Assembly (NCBI GenBank): GCA_031425655.1
Contig: JANPJS010000064.1
Coordinates: 1-46,593 of the forward strand
Source of the DNA: Abditibacteriaceae bacterium
Lineage (GTDB): Bacteria; Armatimonadota; Abditibacteriia; Abditibacteriales; Abditibacteriaceae
Direction of reading: 5' to 3'
Length of the DNA: 46,593 bases
The notes beneath the pieces are model-generated. The model ran no database searches, was not told where the DNA came from, and saw only the letters and a program-made list of their open reading frames with translations. Positions 46,392-46,593 of this stretch are shown in pieces. Positions within the stretch are counted from its first letter, which is position 1, and the number at the start of each line of letters is the position of its first letter. The position numbers and the translations under genes were made by a program.

Positions 46392-46571
46392 AGAGTGTGT
46401 CATTCCGAGCGAAGAACGACGGCGCGACGCGATAAAATCGCGCCGTCGTTCACAGTCGAGGAATCTTTTCTGCGGCCCCGTTGGTAAAAGATTCCTCGAC
46501 TGCGTTGTCCCACCCGCAAGCGGGTTCCCGGACTGCGTTTCGGCCCAACTCCGCTCGGAATGACACACTCT
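46392..46571. repeat. GTCATTCCGAGC-type palindromic element
   Basis: Perfect 20-bp terminal IR 46392-46411 / 46552-46571; inner 17-bp IR 46453-46469 / 46486-46502; further internal hairpin. Confidence 0.85.
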
Positions 46572-46593
46572 CTGGCTCCAATTTGCCTCCAAA

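Noticed and set aside
46197..46592. 131-aa ORF at the window end
   Set aside because: About half of it is a translation of the palindromic repeat and it has no protein motif.

Overview
GC-rich bacterial chromosome segment. Gene content and style suggest an Armatimonadota/Abditibacteriota-like diderm, which is an unverified inference. The left part (1-20 kb) carries housekeeping and metabolic genes: rluD, a PQQ/BamB-like beta-propeller, an amidase, a frameshifted aat, lgt-lspA-ileS, a vapBC toxin-antitoxin pair, a DPG-synthase-like GT2, glnA, a putative outer-membrane beta-barrel, a GMC oxidoreductase pair, a secreted 2xCBM48-GH13 amylase and a VOC protein. The right part (20.3-46.2 kb, all minus strand) is a large surface-polysaccharide locus with about 13 glycosyltransferase-like genes, Wzm/Wzt, a Wzy-like polymerase, and methyl-, acetyl- and pyruvyl-transferases. 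It also contains a deletion scar fusing algI-like and SGNH fragments. The most unusual signals are non-coding. At least six families of palindromic elements are present, several nested inside outer inverted-repeat shells. One element is inserted in frame in ileS, and an identical 15-nt insertion (GGGCGCCCTCTGGGC) sits at a C^AGG site in two unrelated elements. The IleRS has a non-canonical GVHH/KISKT active-site signature. No rRNA, tRNA, CRISPR array or transposase was recognised.
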